A DNA stretch of 64,000 bases, from positions 64,001 through 128,000 of IMG/VR virus record IMGVR_UViG_3300013121_000020; one strand, given 5' to 3'. Position numbers and translations under genes: made by a program. The notes beneath the pieces were generated by a model that ran no database searches, was not told where the DNA came from, and was given only the letters and a program-made list of their open reading frames with translations. This DNA is from a virus (lineage: Duplodnaviria; Caudoviricetes). Shown here in pieces: positions 1-8,921 of the stretch; positions within the stretch are counted from its first letter, which is position 1, and each line of letters begins with the position of its first letter.

Positions 1-14
1 TTCTTAGAATCTTA

Positions 15-1004
15 ATGAATAAATTATTAAAATTAAAAATTAAAAAATTTGATATAGATGACCATAATGCACATGAGTTTGTATACAGTGCAATAAATAG
101 ATTAGAGAGTGAAGGATGGATTATAAAAACTCCTGATGATTATATAATTGCAATTGGTAACTCACTTCATAAGAATGACCCATTTGCGGCTCCAACGCTT
201 GCTTCTAAATATTATGAAAAACGTGGTATTATGCCTGATGATATTCCAGGGGCTGATTATTATGATTTACATGCGTTGTCATCGAAATTGGGGCAACCAA
301 GTGTTGGGCTGCGAGATAAGTTGGGGAAACAATTATCTAAACCATTTTCAGCATACAGTTGGAAGAAAAAACGGTCTGAACATAAAAATGAAGCTGGTAC
401 AACATTAAGTAAAGCAGTTATTTACCACCAACGTCATTTTAATGGAAAACGATGGCCAGAATTAGAGGCGGCGTTTTTACAACGTGCGAACACTTATTCA
501 TCACCAGCTGGTGATTATACTCGTCCTAGAATGTCGTTGTTTACTTATATGAACAATTTGCGAGAAGAATGGCCTGAGGGAGAGAAATTAGCGGAATCGC
601 TTGTTAGTTTTATTGAACGAAATTATGGTAAGAATCATAAATATTATAAGAGATATATTAATTATGGTAACGATAGTTTTATTGAATTTATGAAACGTAG
701 ACCTAATTTGGCAACACGACTTATTAGACCATTAATAAAACATATTGCAGAAACATGTGCAGCAATGGTGGCTAATTATAATTCACTTTTTGAGAGCGAT
801 GGCGGATTTAACAATGTAGATAGAACTGTTAAATTAGTGGTTGATCGTATAGTAACTAATAAAGATGTTGATGCTTTGAATCAGATGCATGGTATGTTGT
901 TTGGTAGAATGGATACTATAATAAAATTAGTAACATCTTTAAAAGATTATTTTGATTTTGATTTATTTGAAACCACAATACAAAATGTTCTTCGGAATCG
1001 CTAA
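15..1004 (+). CDS. hypothetical phage protein with two WPExE motifs
   Basis: 329-aa ORF; RWPELE and EWPEGE motifs; no recognisable catalytic domain. Confidence 0.6.
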   Translation: MNKLLKLKIKKFDIDDHNAHEFVYSAINRLESEGWIIKTPDDYIIAIGNSLHKNDPFAAPTLASKYYEKRGIMPDDIPGADYYDLHALSSKLGQPSVGLRDKLGKQLSKPFSAYSWKKKRSEHKNEAGTTLSKAVIYHQRHFNGKRWPELEAAFLQRANTYSSPAGDYTRPRMSLFTYMNNLREEWPEGEKLAESLVSFIERNYGKNHKYYKRYINYGNDSFIEFMKRRPNLATRLIRPLIKHIAETCAAMVANYNSLFESDGGFNNVDRTVKLVVDRIVTNKDVDALNQMHGMLFGRMDTIIKLVTSLKDYFDFDLFETTIQNVLRNR

Positions 1005-1008
1005 ATAA

Positions 1009-1497
1009 TTATGATGCCCAATTTGGTAATGGTGGAAGGACTCCACCTTCTGCCGGGAAAGAACCTTCTGGTGTGTATGGGTTGACTGGTGGTGCGTCTG
1101 TCAATTGAAAATCTGGATGTGGGCAATAACCCATGCTATTGGTGTGACATTTATCATACGACTCTTCGACTGGCAATTCAGTAGAAGCCAATTCTTTTAA
1201 CATTTTAAAATAATCTGGATGTGTTCCTTGCGGGCATTCTGGTTTTAATGGTGGTAACACAAACCATTTCTGACGATATCCGCCGCGATTGAAATTAGCT
1301 CCGAATTTTATAAATGAGCCTGGAATCGCCGCTAACGCTACTTCTACATCAACTAAAGCACTACCACAGCCATTTCGTGCCATATATGATGATAACACTC
1401 TTGATGAAATAGATGATGTTGGTTCACAGCCTGGCACAAGAATTTTGTTGCCTGGCATGATTTCTAATTGCAATGCGATAGTGTGTGTCCATCCCAT
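1009..1497 (-). CDS. hypothetical protein
   Basis: 162-aa ORF packed directly behind 1500..1940 on the same strand. Confidence 0.6.
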   Translation of the reverse strand: MGWTHTIALQLEIMPGNKILVPGCEPTSSISSRVLSSYMARNGCGSALVDVEVALAAIPGSFIKFGANFNRGGYRQKWFVLPPLKPECPQGTHPDYFKMLKELASTELPVEESYDKCHTNSMGYCPHPDFQLTDAPPVNPYTPEGSFPAEGGVLPPLPNWAS

Positions 1498-1499
1498 AT

Positions 1500-1940
1500 T
1501 TAATTTTTGAATTGTAATTGTTCTTGTATAAAATTAATACATACATTCATAAAATGTGGGTTTGCCATGTCTATATTTATTGTGTTGAAGTGATCGGTCG
1601 AGTTTGTTGAAATCTCTTGCGTTATTGATGTTAAGAATAGTGCGCTTAAGATATTACTGTCGATGTCAAAATCAAGCGATATTGAATGTAATATAATGTT
1701 ATGCGCCAGTGGTTTGGTTTCTTCAAATGAGTGTGGTTTTGTGGCGGTAACACACTCACGCCCTAAAAGTTGATTGCTGTCATAAATCATGAATCCAGCG
1801 TGCGGGCCAGTTATTGTTTCTTTATGCAATAGGGTCTTATATTTATAATCAAGTGTTTTAGTTATTTCTTGCAATAGATCGTTTGCTACTTTAAGTGCTA
1901 TTGCTATTTCTAAATCGCGTGCTGATTTTAATTTGTTCAT
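1500..1940 (-). CDS. hypothetical protein
   Basis: 146-aa ORF, divergent from the neck gene. Confidence 0.55.
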   Translation of the reverse strand: MNKLKSARDLEIAIALKVANDLLQEITKTLDYKYKTLLHKETITGPHAGFMIYDSNQLLGRECVTATKPHSFEETKPLAHNIILHSISLDFDIDSNILSALFLTSITQEISTNSTDHFNTINIDMANPHFMNVCINFIQEQLQFKN

Positions 1941-1979
1941 AGTGGTTTATGTTAAAAATACATTAAATATCTTTAAATT

Positions 1980-2627
1980 GTGATAATTATGATTCATAAA
2001 TTTGGTTATGATTCTGATGCGGTTCCAGAGGGTGATAAATTTGATTTATCACACCCAGACTTTCGTTCTGATGTTGAGCAACGTCACACACCTCTTGCAT
2101 TACACGATTCAAATAGTAATGATCTAAAACTTGCACGCGCTAAAGCTAATGAAATTATTAATGTATCTGGTGCTGAAGTTAAGGTTTATATTAGAACTGA
2201 GAATGCCGATTATGATCAAGTATGGGATGCTGATCCAGATCCGACATATTGGAACAATTTTACAATTAAAGCGTTTTTTAAACCACAACCATTGGAAACA
2301 GAATTGAAAAAGTGGGGGGTAGATGTAGCAAACAAAACAGAAGTTGTGTTTAGTCATCAAAATCTCTTCCAACTTCTTGGAGAGAGAATGTTACGCGCTG
2401 GAGATGTTATCCAATTACCATATAATGCAGCAACTAATGCTGTTGCACCTAAAAATTATAGAGTTATTAATAGTACTCCAAGCGGTAATTTTCGTTATAA
2501 TTGGTTATATTTTACATGTCAGGTTGAGGTCTTGACTGCTGATATTACAGTTCGTCCTCCAGATGATTCACCAATAGCTGTTGATGAACAAATTGGTAAT
2601 GGGGGTGTATATCGTGAAAGTCTCTGA
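1980..2627 (+). CDS. neck/head-closure protein, T4 gp14-like
   Basis: VKVYIR..DQVWDAD..F.IKAFF..ELKKWG..EVVFS..GDVIQLP pattern; sits upstream of the tail terminator and sheath. Confidence 0.7.
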   Translation: MIIMIHKFGYDSDAVPEGDKFDLSHPDFRSDVEQRHTPLALHDSNSNDLKLARAKANEIINVSGAEVKVYIRTENADYDQVWDADPDPTYWNNFTIKAFFKPQPLETELKKWGVDVANKTEVVFSHQNLFQLLGERMLRAGDVIQLPYNAATNAVAPKNYRVINSTPSGNFRYNWLYFTCQVEVLTADITVRPPDDSPIAVDEQIGNGGVYRESL

Positions 2628-2898
2628 GCAATTGAAACCAATTAGACTTGGTGCAAATATTGCAACACACTCTTTTTTGTCTAGAATAGCGTCAGCGTTG
2701 CAAAAGAAACTAGCTGAAGAAGCTGGCATTGAGGTTGTGTTTATTGGTAAGTCAACGAGCAAGAATGAAATATCAGCAACTTTAACTGGTCAAGTTATTG
2801 ATCTTGATGAACAAAAAATTGACGATGTTAAAAAGAGAGTAGAAGCGATTATGACAAATTTAAAGAATCCAACTAATTTTGTTGAGTTACTTGAGTAG
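2614..2898 (+). CDS. hypothetical virion-cluster protein
   Basis: GTG at 2614 behind GGGGGT, in frame with the 2581 ORF. Confidence 0.55.
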   Translation: MKVSEQLKPIRLGANIATHSFLSRIASALQKKLAEEAGIEVVFIGKSTSKNEISATLTGQVIDLDEQKIDDVKKRVEAIMTNLKNPTNFVELLE

Positions 2899-2912
2899 TT
2901 TGGAGATGAACT

Positions 2913-3776
2913 GTGCCGATTCATGATTTTAATGCTGATATTAAATTACCCAATTCTCAAAGTCTGCCGCATGGGGCGGCAGAACTTCCTGCTGCACGTC
3001 AATTAAGTCACGCAGAAGGTGGTCGTATTAAGTTTGATGGATCTGACTCCATGTCATATCCATATCAACTTGAAGAATTTTTACAACCGGGTTTTCGTGC
3101 GCTTGATGATGCTATGAGGCAGTATTGGTCTGGTATCCGTGTTCCTACTAAAGATTCATATCGTTTTATGAGAGTAAAGGTGGCTGGTGGTGATAAAAGT
3201 CTGTTGTTGTGGGCTGATGATTTGAAGGAAGGTCGTGCAAGATTACCACTTGCAGCGTTGTCACGTGAGTCTCATGAATTTAATCCAGAGAAATTTTCAC
3301 CTGCTTATCACGCTATGACTGCGCGATATATCACAACTCGCGGCAACTTAGCTGCTAAGGTTTATCGTCCTGTTCCATTTTTGGTTGAATACAATTTAAC
3401 TATTTGGGCAGAACATAAGCGTGATGCTGAGTATATCCTATATCAAATTTTAACAAGATATAATCCACTTGCTGAATTTAGGATGTTTGATGGGAAACTT
3501 GAAGGCAATGTTCAATTACATTACGGTGGGTCACATGATGCTAGTGATAAAGAAGCTGGATATGATCAACACGCAAATGTACGATATGAGATTTCTACAA
3601 CAGCGGAAGCATGGCTACCTTTACCAGAAAAGATTGTACCAACTGTGATTGGCCGTATGACGGTACTTAAAGAAAGAGTTGGCGAGATCGCTACCGATCT
3701 ATTTTTAGCTTCTCGTGGATCTGGTAGATTTTCTGAGCCTATTCAAGACATAAATAAAGCTGAAAATGAAATATAA
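2913..3776 (+). CDS. tail terminator / sheath stabiliser, T4 gp15-like
   Basis: RLPLAALSR and RPVPFLVEYNLTIW..QILTRYNP motifs typical of gp15-like proteins; gene order. Confidence 0.75.
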   Translation: MPIHDFNADIKLPNSQSLPHGAAELPAARQLSHAEGGRIKFDGSDSMSYPYQLEEFLQPGFRALDDAMRQYWSGIRVPTKDSYRFMRVKVAGGDKSLLLWADDLKEGRARLPLAALSRESHEFNPEKFSPAYHAMTARYITTRGNLAAKVYRPVPFLVEYNLTIWAEHKRDAEYILYQILTRYNPLAEFRMFDGKLEGNVQLHYGGSHDASDKEAGYDQHANVRYEISTTAEAWLPLPEKIVPTVIGRMTVLKERVGEIATDLFLASRGSGRFSEPIQDINKAENEI

Positions 3777-4018
3777 TGGAGTTAATGATGGCTAGTAAGA
3801 AGTCTGTGGTTGTTCGGATTTATAATCGATCGAAACAAATGATACCATTGCAATTACGAACTCCTGGTAGCGATTTCTTTACCAATGAACAACAAGTTAG
3901 AATCGATCCTGGTAAAGATGTGGTTTTGCCAAAGTCACATTTGCGCATGGAACAAGTTGAAAATTTGCAAAAACGGCGGATGATTCAAGTTATTTATGAC
4001 AGTGAAGAAGAGTCATAA
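3776..4018 (+). CDS. small hypothetical protein in the tail cluster
   Basis: 80 aa, translationally coupled (TAATG) to the gp15-like gene. Confidence 0.6.
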   Translation: MELMMASKKSVVVRIYNRSKQMIPLQLRTPGSDFFTNEQQVRIDPGKDVVLPKSHLRMEQVENLQKRRMIQVIYDSEEES

Positions 4019-5514
4019 ATTAATTTGATGTTCCCAGCATCCCAGAAACGTCGATATCCATTAGCAAACATGTTAGCTGATTCTGACATTGTTTGATCGA
4101 AATTTATCAATAATTTTTTCAACTTATGTTTTTGACATTGTAATCTAGATATAATTTTACCATTTAAATGGTAAAAATATCCTGGTGGTGTAGTATGTGA
4201 TTTTACAAATCCCATTTGTTGATATACATTACCAGTTGAATAACGTAAATCGGCGAATGTTATGACTGTTTGTGGTTTAATTGCACAAATTGCGGTTTTT
4301 AACAATCTTGCTGCACCCCCTCTAATAACATAACCAATTTTGGTTGCTAATCTCATAATTTCTATACTATTATTGCTGTGGCGATTAAATGACATGGCTA
4401 CTACTGGTTCATTGTTATCAACAAGGCACCAACACCATTTTGAGTTTCGGTGTCCGGCTAGGTGGTTTGCGTTGAAAAAAGCTTCTGCTTCTTTATCACG
4501 CATTTGAGCAACACCTAATTTTCTAGCATGTAATTTTTTAGACAAACCAAGTCGATTGGTTATCATTGATATGACAATATCTTGTTTTAATCGCCATTCA
4601 AAATCACAAAATTGCAATAATCTAATTCCTGCTTGCCGTGCTTTGATGAACTTTTCTTGATGGCGATACTTTTCTAATTTAGTTTCTGAACGATTGTATG
4701 AGTGCCAATATATTCCATGATATTCAATTCCTAATTTATGATTTGGTAAATAAATATCTATCTCAAATGGTGTAATGATTGATCTATCATTTAGAATTGG
4801 TGTGTTATTACAAATACCACTAACCAATTCGTAAATTTCACGTTGTCCAGCAGAAGTCGATGATGGTGCACAATGTGGACATCGACTACCACGCAAATGA
4901 GTTATCGGTAACTGAGTGAATGTTGCAGTGCAATTATTACATGTAATTTCGATTGGTTTCGTTGTGGTTGTATATTGCGATGCTGAATAATCAAATTTTC
5001 CGTCATGAATTTGACTAGCTTTTGATATGAAGTCTGATGTGCGTTGTTGCTGGTTGTTTATCCGTTGGCTTTCCCAATAATTTTTAGACCAATCTGAAAT
5101 TTTTTGTCGATATTCATCCGTATGCCTGTGTATTAAATGCTTTGTGCGTATCGTTGGATCAGTCCATGATTTCTTTACGGCTGTTGATATTTTGTGTGAA
5201 ATTGTTTTGTTGTGTACTGCATTGAAATAGTTTGGATCTAAATGTAATGCTGCAAATTTTTGTTTATATTCTTTTGTTTTATATAATGGATTAGATCCGG
5301 CAATAGCGTCGATTGCCGGTTTTCGACATTTATAGCACGACCATGGGTCAGTAGTGTTTTTTCTAAATTTCCAATAATTATTTAAACTTATTGATACTAT
5401 TTGTTTACAAGTGTGGCAACACACTAGTAAGGTGATGTTTGTTGTCTTAGCAAATATAGATGGGTAGTGAATCACTTGAGGGTCGGCAGCAATAGTCGCT
5501 TTGCGGGTGGGCAT
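3994..5514 (-). CDS. homing-endonuclease-like protein: Zn-ribbon/helical N-terminus, PD-(D/E)xK (Vsr/DUF559-like) nuclease, C-terminal Mom-like GNAT domain
   Basis: FEIDIYLP..LGIEYHGIYWHS nuclease motif; IEIMRLAT..GGAARLL..ITFADLRYSTGNVY GNAT-like motif; CxxC pairs. Start placed at ATG 5514 (ORF track 5586 overlaps the sheath start). Confidence 0.7.
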   Translation of the reverse strand: MPTRKATIAADPQVIHYPSIFAKTTNITLLVCCHTCKQIVSISLNNYWKFRKNTTDPWSCYKCRKPAIDAIAGSNPLYKTKEYKQKFAALHLDPNYFNAVHNKTISHKISTAVKKSWTDPTIRTKHLIHRHTDEYRQKISDWSKNYWESQRINNQQQRTSDFISKASQIHDGKFDYSASQYTTTTKPIEITCNNCTATFTQLPITHLRGSRCPHCAPSSTSAGQREIYELVSGICNNTPILNDRSIITPFEIDIYLPNHKLGIEYHGIYWHSYNRSETKLEKYRHQEKFIKARQAGIRLLQFCDFEWRLKQDIVISMITNRLGLSKKLHARKLGVAQMRDKEAEAFFNANHLAGHRNSKWCWCLVDNNEPVVAMSFNRHSNNSIEIMRLATKIGYVIRGGAARLLKTAICAIKPQTVITFADLRYSTGNVYQQMGFVKSHTTPPGYFYHLNGKIISRLQCQKHKLKKLLINFDQTMSESANMFANGYRRFWDAGNIKLIYDSSSLS

Positions 5515-5544
5515 GACTACTTTATTGCTCCAAGCAAAAGTATA
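5450..5544 (+). promoter_or_regulatory. two putative late-promoter motifs upstream of the sheath gene (GCAAATATA 5450-5458, GCAAAAGTA 5534-5542)
   Basis: the same motif recurs before many structural genes. Confidence 0.5.
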
Positions 5545-5567
5545 GTAACTTACGAGGATAAATACAT

Positions 5568-8414
5568 ATGGCAGTTTATCTTTCACCCGGTGTATTCCCG
5601 CGTGAGATCGATCTCAGCGTACTGCCGACAGCAGTTGGTCCATTGCGTCCCGCCTTTATCGGGACGGCTAAGAAGGGACCACTAAACCAAGCTGTGCTTG
5701 TGACAACATCACAACAGGCAATCGACACATTTGGTGAACCATTTCCATCATCCCATCTCATGTACGCTGTGTTAGCATACCTTGAAGAAGGTAATCAATG
5801 CTACGTTATGCGGGTTGGGGTTGAATGCGAAACTGGCCAACCAGAAGAACTATCATCAATCTGTATAGACACAAGTGGTGGGCGAGGTTCTGGTTGGGGC
5901 AGGATTCCCCTCTTTACTGGGATCGATTTTGGTCGTCTCAATTTTAGAGAAATCACGACTGAAAGCCCAGTCAGTTTCCATGCGGCAAGCGTCAGTGATA
6001 TTACATATAACGATGTGGATGTTTCAACAACGCAAGGGGCAACTACCGCAACATTGAGTGTTACTGGGACTTATAGTGGAGATATTGAAGATTCGTTTGT
6101 GATGGTGATTACTGGTCCGCCAACTGTGTCGGCGGCTGATAAGATTGAAGGCGCAACATTCCAAATTATTCGCAATTCTGATGGTGAAATTGTTGCTAGT
6201 GGGAATTTGAATGACCCAGATTATAACGGCACATCGCAATTGATCGTTCTTGATAATGGTCTTAGTGTGCAAGTTATAGTCACCGCTGGTGTTTTGGATG
6301 AGAATGATACATTCACATTCAAAGTTCACCCAGATAATAGAGTGTTTTCGATTTCGGTTGAAGGTGGTGTGGCTAACTCATATACGATGCCAACTGCCAC
6401 TTACACAACCGCAGCAGCATTTAAAACCGCATTTAACGCATTATTAAGTAGTGAAGATTACCTCATGATCGAGTATACTCTCGATGATGGGGTGACTGTG
6501 ATTCCACAGGTGCGAACAACAGTCGCTGGTGAACGAATTCAATTGATGACAACGTCTGCGTTTGCGATTGAAGTTGGTTCGCAGCGATATGCGTGGGATA
6601 TCCCACGTTCATATCTGCTTGGGGTTGATGCTGGCCCATATGACATTTCGACTCAAAATAACAGACTAAAAGTGAATGTTATTGGAGACGAAACGACAAA
6701 AACTGTTGAGTTTAATGTTCCGGTCGGTGTTGGTCAAACCGCAACAAACATTGCTCAATCGATTGATGTGGCTGGTGTTGTGGACGGTGAGGTTTTGTGG
6801 GATTCGTTTGCATTAACTGTCCCAGGTGGATCGCAGCATGTAGTGATGGTAACAGTTATTGACCATCAATTTGACACTTTACAATTGATGGCCAATTACT
6901 CCAATTTGAAGACGTTACGTTTTGCTGAAGAATTAAACATTCCGTTCCCTTATAAGCGTTCGTATCGTGGGTTTAGTGATAATCGATTGACTTTACCTTC
7001 ATCTGGTGCGGTCACAGCTAGCACTCCACTTTCGTGTGAAGTTGATCCGCTAAGTAGTGATTGTGCATCGGATACTGCATACTTCCAAAACATTGTTGGT
7101 TGGCTGGTAGCACCAAGCCCTGGGACTTGGATTGATGGATATTCAGCTACTTTGGAAGTGTTCACTGAATCGAGTGCTCCGAGTGGTGTGTATAAGATTA
7201 CTATAAAGGATGCTAATAGGGCGGTTGTTGAAGTAATTGAAAACATTACTTTCGATAAACGAGACGATCGATACATTGCCAATGTTATCAATCCTGGAAC
7301 GAAATATGGTGGCACAAGTGGCAATGTTTTTGTGAACTGGGAAGAACGACCAGCATATCTCGACAATGATGTTAATTTAACATCATTTGCTGTGCGATAT
7401 CCATCTCAGTTTTCGGAGAAACAATATGAAGGACAAGCTGATGGTATTCCAACTGATCCAGCTTATTCTTCAGAATTAGATTCTGTGGTGATTGGTAATC
7501 CAGCAACCTCAAGCGGTTTATACGCATTCCAGAACCCTGAATCTATTGATATTAATATTTTGTGTACTCCAGGTTTTTCTACTGGAGCAGTTATTGGCAC
7601 AGCTTTGCAAATGTGTGAAAGCCGTGGAGATGTTCTTTATATTGTTGATCCTCCGTTTGGTTTAAGACCACAACAAGTAGTTGATTGGCACAATGGTATG
7701 CTGTTGTCCGATCTTAAATCGGCAATTAATTCAAGTTATGGATCATTGTATTGGGGATGGTTAAGAACTTTCGACCAATTTTCGAATAGTGAAATTTGGG
7801 TTCCACCATCTGGGCATGTTGCAGCAGTATTCAGTAGAACTGCTCGCGACACAGAACAATGGTTTGCACCTGCTGGTTTGCGACGTGGAAGACTGTTAAC
7901 TGCCTTGGATGTTGAATATAGCCCAACACAAGGTGAACGTGATCTGTTGTATGGATCTGGAAATTCTGTGAATCCAATTGTAAAGTTCCCGCAAGACGGG
8001 ATTACAGTGTGGGGTCAACGAACGCTCCAGAGAACACAATCAGCACTTGATAGAGTTAGTGTTCGAATGTTGTTGATACATTTGAAGAAGAATTTGATTC
8101 AATTGTTACGAAACTTCATTTTCGAACCAAACGATAGAATCTTGTGGAAACAAGTGCTGGCATCTGTCAATCCGTTCTTGTCTGATATACAGGCTCGTCG
8201 TGGCTTGCAAGCGTTTAATGTGATATGTGACGAGTCTAATAACACTCGTGAACGGATTGATCGCAACGAATTGTGGATATCAGTGTTCTTTAAACCAACG
8301 AAGACAGTTGAATTCGTTGTGTTGAATTTGGTGGCATTAAGAACTGGAGCCAGCTTTGCTGCTGAAGAAGTGTTGGCTGCTGGTGGTGTTGTGCCACTAG
8401 CAACTGCTACATAA
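5568..8414 (+). CDS. contractile tail sheath protein, T4 gp18-like, with large inserted domains
   Basis: MAVYLSPGVFPREID N-terminus; WFAPAG.RRG, NPIVKFP..GITVWGQRTL, FEPND, FKPTKTVEF motifs. Confidence 0.95.
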   Translation: MAVYLSPGVFPREIDLSVLPTAVGPLRPAFIGTAKKGPLNQAVLVTTSQQAIDTFGEPFPSSHLMYAVLAYLEEGNQCYVMRVGVECETGQPEELSSICIDTSGGRGSGWGRIPLFTGIDFGRLNFREITTESPVSFHAASVSDITYNDVDVSTTQGATTATLSVTGTYSGDIEDSFVMVITGPPTVSAADKIEGATFQIIRNSDGEIVASGNLNDPDYNGTSQLIVLDNGLSVQVIVTAGVLDENDTFTFKVHPDNRVFSISVEGGVANSYTMPTATYTTAAAFKTAFNALLSSEDYLMIEYTLDDGVTVIPQVRTTVAGERIQLMTTSAFAIEVGSQRYAWDIPRSYLLGVDAGPYDISTQNNRLKVNVIGDETTKTVEFNVPVGVGQTATNIAQSIDVAGVVDGEVLWDSFALTVPGGSQHVVMVTVIDHQFDTLQLMANYSNLKTLRFAEELNIPFPYKRSYRGFSDNRLTLPSSGAVTASTPLSCEVDPLSSDCASDTAYFQNIVGWLVAPSPGTWIDGYSATLEVFTESSAPSGVYKITIKDANRAVVEVIENITFDKRDDRYIANVINPGTKYGGTSGNVFVNWEERPAYLDNDVNLTSFAVRYPSQFSEKQYEGQADGIPTDPAYSSELDSVVIGNPATSSGLYAFQNPESIDINILCTPGFSTGAVIGTALQMCESRGDVLYIVDPPFGLRPQQVVDWHNGMLLSDLKSAINSSYGSLYWGWLRTFDQFSNSEIWVPPSGHVAAVFSRTARDTEQWFAPAGLRRGRLLTALDVEYSPTQGERDLLYGSGNSVNPIVKFPQDGITVWGQRTLQRTQSALDRVSVRMLLIHLKKNLIQLLRNFIFEPNDRILWKQVLASVNPFLSDIQARRGLQAFNVICDESNNTRERIDRNELWISVFFKPTKTVEFVVLNLVALRTGASFAAEEVLAAGGVVPLATAT

Positions 8415-8423
8415 TTGTTATTA

Positions 8424-8449
8424 GTGTGGGGGACATATGTCCCCCACAC
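8424..8449. terminator. 26-bp perfect palindrome between convergent genes, probable bidirectional terminator
   Basis: GTGTGGGGGACAT/ATGTCCCCCACAC. Confidence 0.65.
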
Positions 8450-8451
8450 AT

Positions 8452-8877
8452 TTATCGTCGCATTAATTTAGAACCGGGCAATTCTAGAAAGCCAACTTCT
8501 GAAGAGAAATAGAAATTTTTACACCCGACTGCTGATAGCAATTCAAAACATGGTCTGCATGGTTTGCTTAGACGTAATTTACCAAGTTTGTTTAGTCTAA
8601 TGTTAATAATCTCAAAAAAGCCGTCTTCAAGAATTCCTCTTGCGCGTTTATATGCCCATATTTCAGCGTGAAATTTTGGGACAAATGTAATGTCATTTTT
8701 GCTGCTGTGATATCCATAATGTAATGGTGGTTCTAGACGTCCATTAGTTGCCCATTCTACAATTTGATTGTGTTGCACTATGAACGCATAGTGGATAAAT
8801 CCTTTGATACGTTCCGGGTGGTGTTTCAGTTTGGTTTGAGCGGTTTTAATAGCAGAATATAATAAATTCTTCTTCAT
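8452..8877 (-). CDS. zinc-dependent cytidine/dCMP deaminase-fold protein
   Basis: HAE and SKPCRPC zinc-binding motifs. Confidence 0.75.
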   Translation of the reverse strand: MKKNLLYSAIKTAQTKLKHHPERIKGFIHYAFIVQHNQIVEWATNGRLEPPLHYGYHSSKNDITFVPKFHAEIWAYKRARGILEDGFFEIINIRLNKLGKLRLSKPCRPCFELLSAVGCKNFYFSSEVGFLELPGSKLMRR

Positions 8878-8921
8878 AACACTATGTGGCAGTGTACTAA
8901 TGTTGATAAATATTGATGTGA

